NCBI GenBank assembly: GCA_050187875.1
Contig: JBFWXB010000020.1
Location: 9,872 to 73,871 of the forward strand
Source of the DNA: Variibacter sp.
Lineage (GTDB): Bacteria > Pseudomonadota > Alphaproteobacteria > Rhizobiales > Xanthobacteraceae
Reading direction: 5' to 3'
DNA length: 64,000 bases
Shown: positions 54,098 to 62,452 of the stretch, piece after piece
Layout: each line of letters begins with the position of its first letter
How positions within the stretch are numbered: position 1 is the first letter of the stretch
Translations under genes and position numbers: made by a program
The notes under the pieces: generated by a model
The model's database searches: none
What the model saw: only the letters and a program-made list of their open reading frames with translations
Told to the model about the DNA's origin: nothing

Positions 54098-54525
54098 TGC
54101 CCCACAATTTTTTCGCAGGGCGTCGAACGGCTCGACGACATCCCGACGGCGAGCGCCGTGTTGGCGGCCTTGCGCGCCTCCTTGAGGGGGATGAAATGCA
54201 ACGTCCCGCGCGGAAAGCGGGAACAGAACTGAGCGAGCGTACCGGCGGTCGCGCTGATGCTTTCATCGCGCGGCAGCACGGCGATGCTGCCGTCCTTGAG
54301 CATGAAAGCGTCCTTCACGTTCGAGAACTTCAACGTTTCGAGACAATTCTTGAAGAGCGTGCGGTAGGCGTCGGTCTTCTGCGGCAGGTCGCTCGCGTTG
54401 TCGAAAATATACTGGCGCGTGCGCGTGCAGCTTTCCGCGTTGGCCTCCGTCGAAAGCGTCGCCAGCAGCAGCGCCGCAAGCAGCGACCTGCAAACCAAAC
54501 GCGAATCGCAGCACGCGACCTTCAC
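54094..54525 (-). CDS. Small secreted protein of unknown function (EPS locus)
   Basis: 143 aa. Signal peptide SLLAALLLATLSTEANA followed by a mature part with 4 Cys. Translationally coupled at both ends (4-nt overlaps with wzc and the GT gene). No family recognised. Confidence 0.55.
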   Translation of the reverse strand: MKVACCDSRLVCRSLLAALLLATLSTEANAESCTRTRQYIFDNASDLPQKTDAYRTLFKNCLETLKFSNVKDAFMLKDGSIAVLPRDESISATAGTLAQFCSRFPRGTLHFIPLKEARKAANTALAVGMSSSRSTPCEKIVGQ

Positions 54526-56849
54526 GCCGCCTCCCGCTTGTCTTGTGGGGGATGCTCATACGCGCCGCCATAGGGCTTGCTGTAATAGGCGTCGTAGAAG
54601 CGCATGCGACTGACATCGACGCGCGTCAGGACGGTGCCGATGATGCGGTCATAGACCGGCGCGAGGAAGCGAATCGCCCGCGCGAACACCTCTTGCGGCG
54701 TGTGATCCCAGCCAACGGTGAGGAGAATGCAATCCGCCTGCTCGGCGAGCGCGCGCCCGTCGACCAGCGGCAGGAGCGGCGGCGCATCGACGATGATCAG
54801 ATCGAAATGCGGCCGCAACTGCGCGAGAATGCGCGCCATGCCGTCGGAGGGGACGAATTCGGCAAGCACCTCTGTGCTCTTCGGCGGCGGCGAGGGCAGG
54901 ACCGCGAGGCGCGTGGAAGGCTCGACGACAATCGCCTGATGCAGCGGCACCTCGCCCGTCGCCGCCTCCAATAGGCCGAACTTCGCCCGCGGGCACAACG
55001 AGCGCGTCATTTCGGAATTGCGCAGATCGCCTTCGACCAGCGCCGTGCGCAAGCCGATCGCGGCAAGCGACAGCGCGAGATTGACGGCGAGCGTCGTCTT
55101 GCCCTCGTTCCCCACCGCCGACGTCACCATGACCACCTGCGTCTGGTGATCACGCACGTCACGTTGCACGGCCAAGCGGATCGCGCGCACCGACTCGGCG
55201 AAGGCCGACATCGGCTGCTCGATGGCGTAGCGCATCAGCGGCGGCTGCAAGGATGGCGGCAGCAGGCGCGTCGTTTGTGGATCGTAACGGTCGAGGGCCT
55301 CGCGGCCGCGCTGGGCGAGCCGCGCCAGCTCACGCGAACCGACGACGGGAATGGCGGCAAGGCCGGGCAAGCCCGACGCCGCGCTCGCCTCCTCGAGCGA
55401 CTTGATGCGGCGATCGAAATGGTCACGGACCAAGGCGAGGACGCAGCCGAGCATGAGCCCCAGCACGACGGCGAGGCCGAGCGTCAAGGGAATCTTCGGG
55501 AACGAGGGGCGCAGCGGCACTTCCGCGGCCGTCACCACACGCGATTCCGGAAGTTCCAGGCTCTCCTGCGCGGTCGTCTCCTTGTAGCGCGCAAGGAAGG
55601 ACTCATAGAGCGTGCGATTGGCTTCCGCCTCGCGCTGCAGCTCGCGCAAGCGCACCTGCGCCTGCCCGGATTCACTCGCCACGTCCTGCAGGCTGTCGAG
55701 GCTCTTCTGCAGCGACGCCTCGCGCGCGGCCGCGACGTCGTAGATGTGCTTGCGCCCCTGGAGAATACGCTCGATCTCCTTGTTGATGAGGCGCTGCGTG
55801 TCACGCATCTGCGCGCGCACCGGTGCGACCAGCGGATGGCGCGGACCATAGCGGGTCGCGAGATCCGCTTCGGTCTTGGCAAGATCGGCATATTGCGAGC
55901 GCAGGCGCGCGATCACGTCCGACGACAGCGCCTCGGCGACCGACCCGGAGTCGCCACCCGATTTCGCGATCTCCTTGACTTGCTCGTATTTCGCCTTCGC
56001 TTCGGCCGACTGGGCGCGCGCCTCAACCAATTTGGTGTTGAGATCGGTGATCTGCTGATCGTTGACAGTCACACCCTGCGAGGCCTGGAGATTGTTCGCG
56101 GCACGGAACTCCGCCACCGCTTTGTCGGCACTGATGACGCGCGCCTTGAGGTCGGAAATCTGCTGTCCCATCCAGCCGCCGGCAATCTTCGCCGCGTCGT
56201 ATTTCGAGCGCACCTGCTGACTGAAATATCCGTCCGCCACGGCATTGGCGATGGCCGCCGCTTTGGCTGGGAATTTCGACGTCGCGCGGATGTCGACGAG
56301 GAACGTCGCCTTCTGGCGCAGGACCTTGATCGATTTCGCCAGCGTTTCGGCCGCGATCATGCGCGCCGCATCGTGGCGCGCCTTGGCCTCCTCCGGCGTC
56401 TCGGTGTGAAAGAGCCCCTTGATCGAGGAGAGCAGCCCCGGCTGTGGCGCGAATTCAGGGTCGTCGACCAGCTTGAGCTGATCGACGACGTGCTGCATGA
56501 CGCTTACCGACTGGATCAGCAGGACCTGGCTCTCGATGCTCGAATCGTCGGTGCCGAAAGCCGGCTGCGCCTGATTGTTCTGTCCCTCGGCGACATTGGA
56601 GCGCCGCGGATCGATGAAGATCGTTGACGTCGCCGTGTAAAGCGGTGTCACGACGGCCACGAAAACGATCGAGAGGATGAGCAGAACGATCGGCGCCGCG
56701 ACAATGATCCGCGTGTTACGCCGCAGGACGCGAACGATCTCGCGAAGGTCGAGCGAATAGGACGACGACGCCTGCTCCGCAGGCCACGCAGCCATGGCGT
56801 TGGTATCAGTATTGCGCTGTGACATTGATGCCGAGCTCATGCTTGTCAT
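54522..56849 (-). CDS. Polysaccharide co-polymerase / BY-kinase (Wzc/ExoP/GumC family)
   Basis: 775 aa. N-terminal Wzz-type TM segment, a long coiled periplasmic region and a second TM. The C-terminal kinase has Walker A TSAVGNEGKTT, A' LVEGDLRN, B LIIVDAPPL and the Tyr-rich tail FYDAYYSKPYGGAY. An alternative start exists at ATG 56795. Confidence 0.9.
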   Translation of the reverse strand: MTSMSSASMSQRNTDTNAMAAWPAEQASSSYSLDLREIVRVLRRNTRIIVAAPIVLLILSIVFVAVVTPLYTATSTIFIDPRRSNVAEGQNNQAQPAFGTDDSSIESQVLLIQSVSVMQHVVDQLKLVDDPEFAPQPGLLSSIKGLFHTETPEEAKARHDAARMIAAETLAKSIKVLRQKATFLVDIRATSKFPAKAAAIANAVADGYFSQQVRSKYDAAKIAGGWMGQQISDLKARVISADKAVAEFRAANNLQASQGVTVNDQQITDLNTKLVEARAQSAEAKAKYEQVKEIAKSGGDSGSVAEALSSDVIARLRSQYADLAKTEADLATRYGPRHPLVAPVRAQMRDTQRLINKEIERILQGRKHIYDVAAAREASLQKSLDSLQDVASESGQAQVRLRELQREAEANRTLYESFLARYKETTAQESLELPESRVVTAAEVPLRPSFPKIPLTLGLAVVLGLMLGCVLALVRDHFDRRIKSLEEASAASGLPGLAAIPVVGSRELARLAQRGREALDRYDPQTTRLLPPSLQPPLMRYAIEQPMSAFAESVRAIRLAVQRDVRDHQTQVVMVTSAVGNEGKTTLAVNLALSLAAIGLRTALVEGDLRNSEMTRSLCPRAKFGLLEAATGEVPLHQAIVVEPSTRLAVLPSPPPKSTEVLAEFVPSDGMARILAQLRPHFDLIIVDAPPLLPLVDGRALAEQADCILLTVGWDHTPQEVFARAIRFLAPVYDRIIGTVLTRVDVSRMRFYDAYYSKPYGGAYEHPPQDKREAA

Positions 56850-58212
56850 AGGTGAAAGCGGACATGTTGCTCTCGCGCGACAGGAAGCGATGGCGCAGTC
56901 CGACCGATGTGTGGCGGTTCAGCAAATATTTGAGTTCGGTCGTAGTCGACGAAACAGTGTCGCGCCGATCCTGACCAAAGAATTTGTCCAGCTCGTAGGT
57001 GTAGCCGAACGATAACACCACGTTGCGGCGAAACTCGTAGTCCAACGCGACTTGCATCGCGTCGGCGCGAATGCCGCTGACGCTCGTGTCTGAGGCCTCG
57101 GTGATGAGCTGTTCGGCATTGACGCGGATGTCGAGAACGCGTGAGGGGCTCCAGGTGAGTTGGGCACGGTAAGTGGGCCCTTCCACCGTTCCGATCTTCG
57201 CCGAATCAAATGTCTGCTTCGCATAGCCGACGCCGAACTCGCCGCGCACGAGCTTCGTGAACTGCAGATCGACGCCCGTAAGCGCCCGATACCCCGACGA
57301 GGATAGCGATTGCGTCGGCAGACCGCGAAGATCGCGTTCATTGGCCTGCAGCGCAGTGAAGATGCCGAGCTTGGGCGACAACACATATTCGAGCCGGCCG
57401 TGCACGTTGTAGATCGTGCCGTCGCGGCTATCCTGATTAATGATCGTGCCGTTCTGCGCGCGCGTCGTGCCGAAATCGTAGGTATCCACGCCAACGCCGA
57501 TCGAGCCGATCAGTCGGTTGAACTGCTTGCGATAGGTGAGATCGCCGGTGAAGAAGTCATACGGCGTCGGCTGCACCGCGCCGAAGGGCGAACTCAGGCT
57601 GCCCACCTCCTCGTTGAGGCGGCCACCACGCAAGCTGACCAGCAGCGCCGAATAATGATCGATGTCGATGCGGCCGCGCCCTTTGAGCGTCGCGTTCGTG
57701 TAATTCAGGCTCGGGTTGTTCAGGTAGAGATACGACGAGACGTCCGCTTGCAGAGAGGCGGCATGCCGCTCCCAAAGCGATTGCACGTTCAAGGTCGGAT
57801 GGATATTGGTCGCGATGTCGCTTTGCTTGCTCGTGTTCGACGCGAAGATGTTGCTGTCATAGATCGCGCCAGCCGTCAGCGACGGATAGAACATCCACGG
57901 GCCACTGCGCACGCCCACGGGCTCATATCCCGGTTGCTGACGGTATTTCACCGGCGTGTCCTCCGGCGCGATGGCTTCATCGTCACTCTCATCCCATTGC
58001 TGTGCGAACGGCCTCGGATCAAACAGCTTGATCGCGTTCCACGGCGGCTGCTCCGGAGGCATCGGCGGCAGAATCACTTGCGCACGCGCCGGCACGATGC
58101 CCGCGACACACACGATCAACGCAAGCGCGCCTCTCGCCACCCAACATGGTGTCGGCTTGACGATCAGAGTTCGACCTCTCTCAGACCACGAACACATAAG
58201 ACGCACGCACAC
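56806..58212 (-). CDS. Outer-membrane beta-barrel protein associated with polysaccharide export
   Basis: 468 aa. Signal-like RGALALIVCVAGIVPARAQ; alternating amphipathic strands rich in Y, G, T and S; C-terminal INVTAQY with a terminal aromatic residue. The true start is probably internal to the ORF. Confidence 0.6.
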   Translation of the reverse strand: MCVRLMCSWSERGRTLIVKPTPCWVARGALALIVCVAGIVPARAQVILPPMPPEQPPWNAIKLFDPRPFAQQWDESDDEAIAPEDTPVKYRQQPGYEPVGVRSGPWMFYPSLTAGAIYDSNIFASNTSKQSDIATNIHPTLNVQSLWERHAASLQADVSSYLYLNNPSLNYTNATLKGRGRIDIDHYSALLVSLRGGRLNEEVGSLSSPFGAVQPTPYDFFTGDLTYRKQFNRLIGSIGVGVDTYDFGTTRAQNGTIINQDSRDGTIYNVHGRLEYVLSPKLGIFTALQANERDLRGLPTQSLSSSGYRALTGVDLQFTKLVRGEFGVGYAKQTFDSAKIGTVEGPTYRAQLTWSPSRVLDIRVNAEQLITEASDTSVSGIRADAMQVALDYEFRRNVVLSFGYTYELDKFFGQDRRDTVSSTTTELKYLLNRHTSVGLRHRFLSRESNMSAFTYDKHELGINVTAQY

Positions 58213-58595
58213 GGATTTATGCGCCGAAACCTTCGATCAGCTCTTCACCGCGATCGCGTGATCGGACGTTACAGTTCCGAAAAGATTCTTGTGCCTCACC
58301 ATCCTCGCGGCGTGTGAGCATCACGCGCCGCTTCTCGTGTTCGTCGTGTCGTCACTCTGCGCGTCCTCGCGTACGTGTTTGCGAGTCAACGTGCATTGCG
58401 ATGCAAACAGACGAATGCGACGTTTATGCGAGTGCGAAGCGACGCGATCTGCAAAAATCAAATCGCGTCCGCACACATACTGCGACCACATTTCCCCCTC
58501 GCCCTCACGACTGTTGCAGCAATACCAAGCTGACTGTTGCCGTCATGCACGGCACGCGCGACGCAATTCGTTTGGTTTTGCATCGCGTAACGCCG

Positions 58596-59192
58596 TCAGA
58601 AGAAGCGTTCTGGAATCTTGATGTTGTCGCCAGGTGACACCAGGACGGTGCGATCAAGCGGAAAAATAGAATCGGCTGTGTCGCCTGCACGACGAACCAC
58701 TGCGTGGCCTTCGTCGGCGCGATACGTGAAGCCACCGGCCGTCGCGACCGCATCCATCACCGTGAGACCGGGACGATAAGGATATTCGCCGCTCTTCTTC
58801 ACTTCGCCATGAATGTAGAAAGCCGCGTAATTGGACACTTGCACGTTGACGCGCGGATCTTTGAGCACGCCGCGGCTCAGACTTGCGGCAATCGCCTGCT
58901 CCAGTTGTCCGGCGGTGCGCCCTGACGCGCGCAACCGGCCGGCGAGCGGCACCGAAATATAGCCCGCGCTATCGACCTGATAATCGCCGGAAATGCTGGG
59001 CTCGTTGTAAACCTGCACGCGTAATTGGTCGTTGGGGCGCAGCGTGTAATTGCGCTCGACCGGCACATGCCGCGGGCCAACGCTTTGCGCATCGGCCACA
59101 CGCACAAACGGCCCGTTCGCGGTCACCGAGTTGCAGCTCGCCAACGCCGTCAGACAGAGAAGACCGATAATGCGAGCAATGTTTCGTGACAT
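58596..59192 (-). CDS. Polysaccharide export outer-membrane lipoprotein (Wza/GumB/ExoF family)
   Basis: ORF 58596-59222 trimmed to ATG 59192 (GAGGGG upstream). Lipobox LTALASC. Poly_export motif PNDQLRVQVYNEPSISGDYQVDSAGYISVPLAG, followed by an SLBB-like segment. Confidence 0.9.
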   Translation of the reverse strand: MSRNIARIIGLLCLTALASCNSVTANGPFVRVADAQSVGPRHVPVERNYTLRPNDQLRVQVYNEPSISGDYQVDSAGYISVPLAGRLRASGRTAGQLEQAIAASLSRGVLKDPRVNVQVSNYAAFYIHGEVKKSGEYPYRPGLTVMDAVATAGGFTYRADEGHAVVRRAGDTADSIFPLDRTVLVSPGDNIKIPERFF

Positions 59193-59446
59193 GGCACCCC
59201 TCACGCATCTACGCGTGCGCAACGAAAGCTTTCAATGTGACGATAGTGTGTGCGCGATGTGGCGAGCGGAATTGCCGCGATGTCATCGCGAATTCGGCGA
59301 GACTGTGAAGCTGCTCAATTCATTGGCATTTCTTGCGTTGAATGCGCACGCCTCGCGTAATGCGCGAACATTTATGTCGGATGCCGCACACTTCTTGTGC
59401 GATGCGAAGACGAAAAGAAGTAACGTTCAACGCCGCACTTTGTTCG

Positions 59447-59461
59447 ATGCGAAATTCGCAT
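59447..59461. promoter_or_regulatory. Perfect palindrome ATGCGAA-A-TTCGCAT in the wza/priming-transferase divergent region
   Basis: Read directly from the sequence. It lies about 155 nt upstream of the 59618 start. Confidence 0.4.
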
Positions 59462-59617
59462 GGCGCAATGCAGCGCTGCGTCAAACATTTGCCATCGCAA
59501 CTCGCACACTGCGCGCCGCCAACGAAGCTGCGAAACACGTCGCACGAAGGGAAGGAACGCCGCGTCTATGTGGGAGCGCCGAGACAACCTGGGTCAGATT
59601 CTCAAGCGAGATAGGCA

Positions 59618-60358
59618 ATGACATCGACATCCTTGGCGTCGGCGCTGGGACACGCGCTTGTTCCAGACGGACATCGGTCGCGAGACCGAAACCGCGCGGC
59701 GAAGTCGTCGCGCTCGTATCGCTATCGTTATCGCACGCAACGGCGCACGGCCGATCCCTCGCAGGCCGCAGCGAAGCGCCTGTTCGATATTCTCGGCGGG
59801 CTCGCCGTCATCGCGCTGCTCTCGCCGCTGCTGATCGGCGTCGCCATCGCGATCAAGCTCACGTCGCGCGGCCCCATCCTTTTCACGCAGGGCCGCTACG
59901 GCTATCGCAACCGGCGCTTCCGCATCTACAAGTTCCGCACGATGTACACGCATCTGTCGGACCGCAGCGGACGCCAGCAGACAGTCGACGGCGATCCGCG
60001 CGTAACGCCGCTCGGCCGCGTACTGCGGCGCTTTAGCATTGACGAGTTGCCGCAGCTCCTCAACGTCCTCAAGGGCGACATGTCGCTGGTCGGGCCGCGG
60101 CCGCATGTGCCGGGAATGCTCGCGAGCGCGCGGCTCTATGAGGACCTGATCCCCTATTACTTCCACCGCCATTCGGTGCGTCCCGGCCTCACCGGGCTCG
60201 CGCAGATCAACGGTTGCCGCGGCAGCACGGCGCAGGCAAGCGCCGCCATCGACCGGATCGACTACGACCTGAAATATATCGAGACCTGGTCGCTCTGGCT
60301 CGACGCCAAGATCATCGCACGCACCGTACGGGCCGAAGTTCTTTCGAACGGGAGCTAG
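59618..60358 (+). CDS. Priming sugar-phosphate transferase (ExoY/WbaP C-terminal type, bacterial sugar transferase family)
   Basis: 246 aa. Motifs KRLFDILGGLAVIALLSPLLIGVAIAIKLTSRGPILF, RIYKFRTMY and DELPQLLNVLKGDMSLVGPRP. Confidence 0.9.
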   Translation: MTSTSLASALGHALVPDGHRSRDRNRAAKSSRSYRYRYRTQRRTADPSQAAAKRLFDILGGLAVIALLSPLLIGVAIAIKLTSRGPILFTQGRYGYRNRRFRIYKFRTMYTHLSDRSGRQQTVDGDPRVTPLGRVLRRFSIDELPQLLNVLKGDMSLVGPRPHVPGMLASARLYEDLIPYYFHRHSVRPGLTGLAQINGCRGSTAQASAAIDRIDYDLKYIETWSLWLDAKIIARTVRAEVLSNGS

Positions 60359-60484
60359 CCAGCCGCGCTGCAGGCTTTATTCTCCTCGGCACGTCGCATC
60401 GTCGGGCCGGCTCAGGCTCGGAACGGTGCGACGCGGATTTAACGGCGCCGTGAGATACGCCGCCTTGGGGAGCGATACTGCAGC

Positions 60485-61903
60485 ATGGCCCATCGCCCGA
60501 TCGTTCCGATCGTTCTCGCCGGCGGCGCCGGCGCCAGGCTGTGGCCGGTGTCGCGCGACGCGCTGCCGAAGCAGTTCCTGCCCCTCTTCGGCGACTTGTC
60601 GACCTATCAGCAGACGCTGCAGCGGCTGAGCGACAAAGCGCGCTTCACCGACCCGATCGTTATCACCGGTCCGCAGTTTCATTTCTTCGCGCAGCGCCAA
60701 GCCGAAGCGGTGCAGGCGAGGCCGCTTGTCGTCGTCGAGCCGGCGCGGCGCGATTCCGCGCCTGCGCTTGCCGCCGCGGCGGAGGTCGCGCGCCGCAAGT
60801 ACAAGGACGCCGTGGCGCTCGCGGTCGCGGCCGATCACGTGATCCTCGACCCGGAGCTGTTCTGCGCGGCGGCGAGCGCCGGCTTCGACACGGCAGACAG
60901 CGGCCGCATCGTCACCTTCGGCATCAAGCCGAGCGAGCCGAAGACGAATTACGGCTATATCGAACCCGGCGCGCGGATCGACGGCGGCGACGTCTTCGCC
61001 GTCGACACCTTCAAGGAAAAGCCGGACGGCGCGACCGCCGCGCGCTACATCGCCGACGGCTTCTATTGGAACTCAGGCAATTTCCTTTTCAGGGCCGAGA
61101 CGCTGCTCGCGGAGCTTGCAGCGTTCGAGCCGGCGATTGCGGCTGCGGCGGTCGCCGCTGTCGAAAAGGCGACCGAGGACCTCGGCTTCCTGCGGCTCGA
61201 CAAGGCGGCCTTCGAGGCGTCGCCGGCGAAATCGATCGACCACGCGGTGATGGAGCGTACCAAGCGCGCGGCCGTTGTCGCCGGAAATTTCCGCTGGTCC
61301 GACATCGGCAGCTGGGATTCGCTTTCGGAACTTTTCGCGCCGGATGGCGACGGCAATATCTTCCACGGCGATGTCGTTGCGATGGAGGCCGAGAACTGCC
61401 TCGTGCATTCGAACAACCGGCTGACGACGCTCATTGGAACGCACGACCTCGTCGTGGTGTCGACCTCGGACGCTGTGCTCGTCGCCGACCGCGCGCGCAC
61501 GCAAGGCGTCAAGCAGCTGGTCGACACGCTGAAGGCCGCCGGCCGCACCGAGGCGACGGACCATCCGCGCGTCCACCGGCCCTGGGGCTATTACGAATCG
61601 ATCGACAATGGCGACCGCTTCCAGGTGAAGCGCATCGTCGTGACGATCGGCGGCAAGCTCTCGCTGCAGAAGCACGCGCATCGCGCCGAGCATTGGGTAG
61701 TGGTGCGCGGTACGGCCGAGGTCACGATCGGCGAGACCGTGCAGCTCGTGCACGAGAATCAGTCGGTCTACATCCCGATCGGCAGCGTGCATCGCCTCGC
61801 CAATCCGGGAAAGATTCCGCTCGAGCTGATCGAGATTCAAACCGGGAGCTATCTCGGCGAGGACGACATCGTGCGGCTCGATGATATTTATCAGCGGAGT
61901 TGA
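60485..61903 (+). CDS. manC: Mannose-1-phosphate guanylyltransferase / mannose-6-phosphate isomerase (type II PMI-GMP)
   Basis: 472 aa. N-terminal PIVLAGGAGARLWPVSR and a C-terminal cupin (RPWGYYESI, HRAEHWVVVRGTAEV). Confidence 0.9.
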   Translation: MAHRPIVPIVLAGGAGARLWPVSRDALPKQFLPLFGDLSTYQQTLQRLSDKARFTDPIVITGPQFHFFAQRQAEAVQARPLVVVEPARRDSAPALAAAAEVARRKYKDAVALAVAADHVILDPELFCAAASAGFDTADSGRIVTFGIKPSEPKTNYGYIEPGARIDGGDVFAVDTFKEKPDGATAARYIADGFYWNSGNFLFRAETLLAELAAFEPAIAAAAVAAVEKATEDLGFLRLDKAAFEASPAKSIDHAVMERTKRAAVVAGNFRWSDIGSWDSLSELFAPDGDGNIFHGDVVAMEAENCLVHSNNRLTTLIGTHDLVVVSTSDAVLVADRARTQGVKQLVDTLKAAGRTEATDHPRVHRPWGYYESIDNGDRFQVKRIVVTIGGKLSLQKHAHRAEHWVVVRGTAEVTIGETVQLVHENQSVYIPIGSVHRLANPGKIPLELIEIQTGSYLGEDDIVRLDDIYQRS

Positions 61904-61937
61904 GCGTCGCGCAGGCGGGGCCGCAATTCCTAGTGCC

Positions 61938-61955
61938 GTCCCCGCTAAAGCGGGC
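61938..61955. repeat. REP-like hairpin (CCCGC-TAAA-GCGGG), possible manC terminator
   Basis: GTCCCCGCTAAAGCGGGC is a near copy of the hairpin at 8742-8761. Confidence 0.55.
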
Positions 61956-61966
61956 AATTGTGTTTA

Positions 61967-62090
61967 GGCAGCGCTTGCACCATTGCGGCAAGCATGCGCG
62001 CGTCGATCCGGTCGGTTTTGGCCAAGATGCCGCCGCGCACACATCCAGATCATGCTTGGAAACGTCGATTCCGAGCCACGGGTTATGCGC
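61967..62090 (-). pseudogene. IS110-family transposase remnant (internally deleted, frameshifted)
   Basis: Minus-strand translation gives WLGIDVSKHDLDV (62039-62090), the DEDD N-terminal motif. In another frame it continues directly as AKTDRIDARMLAAMVQAL (61967-62023). There is no start codon and no remaining transposase body. Confidence 0.6.
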
Positions 62091-62265
62091 CTCTCCCTGT
62101 GGTGCGAGGTCCGTGTCGGTGGCCTCGCGCAACTGTTCAGGTTGGAAGAAGCAAGGCGGACCGGGACTAAGCCCGCTCACGGTCTCACGACCAGGGACCC
62201 AACGATCTCCCGTCCGCCCCCATCCTGACACAGCCCAACACACAGGGACCCAGAGCCGGGACCTC

Positions 62266-62333
62266 CTGGATTCCCGCTGGAGCCTGTGCTCGAGCCGGCC
62301 GAAGGGCGGACCCGAGCACAGGAATGAGCGGAG
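62266..62333. repeat. REP-type element sharing its termini with the 8776-8805 element but carrying a different internal hairpin
   Basis: CTGGATTCCCGC ... GGAATGAGCGGAG termini, as at 8776-8805. Internal 10-bp inverted repeat CCTGTGCTCG (62283-62292) / CGAGCACAGG (62313-62322). Confidence 0.6.
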
Positions 62334-62452
62334 TCAAAGGGTCGGGACAACTCCGGCCATGACCGTGCGAAATCCCAGTTCGATAGCAAGAACCGGATTG
62401 CCGCGGCGGTCGCCGCGATTTATTGCGCGGGCGATCGCCGAGGATGGAAGCC

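Noticed and set aside
56806-56849. 44-nt overlap of the barrel gene end with the wzc start as a sign of frameshift or fusion
   Set aside because: An in-frame ATG at 56795, 10 nt downstream of the barrel stop, gives a normal Wzc N-terminus (MAAWPAEQ...). The overlap probably reflects start-codon over-extension.
58289-58753. Small ORFs (82-110 aa) in the AT-richer gap upstream of the barrel gene
   Set aside because: They have no Shine-Dalgarno sequence. Their sequences are Cys/Arg/Ser-rich and low-complexity, and they overlap each other in different frames. The gap is treated as regulatory or non-coding.
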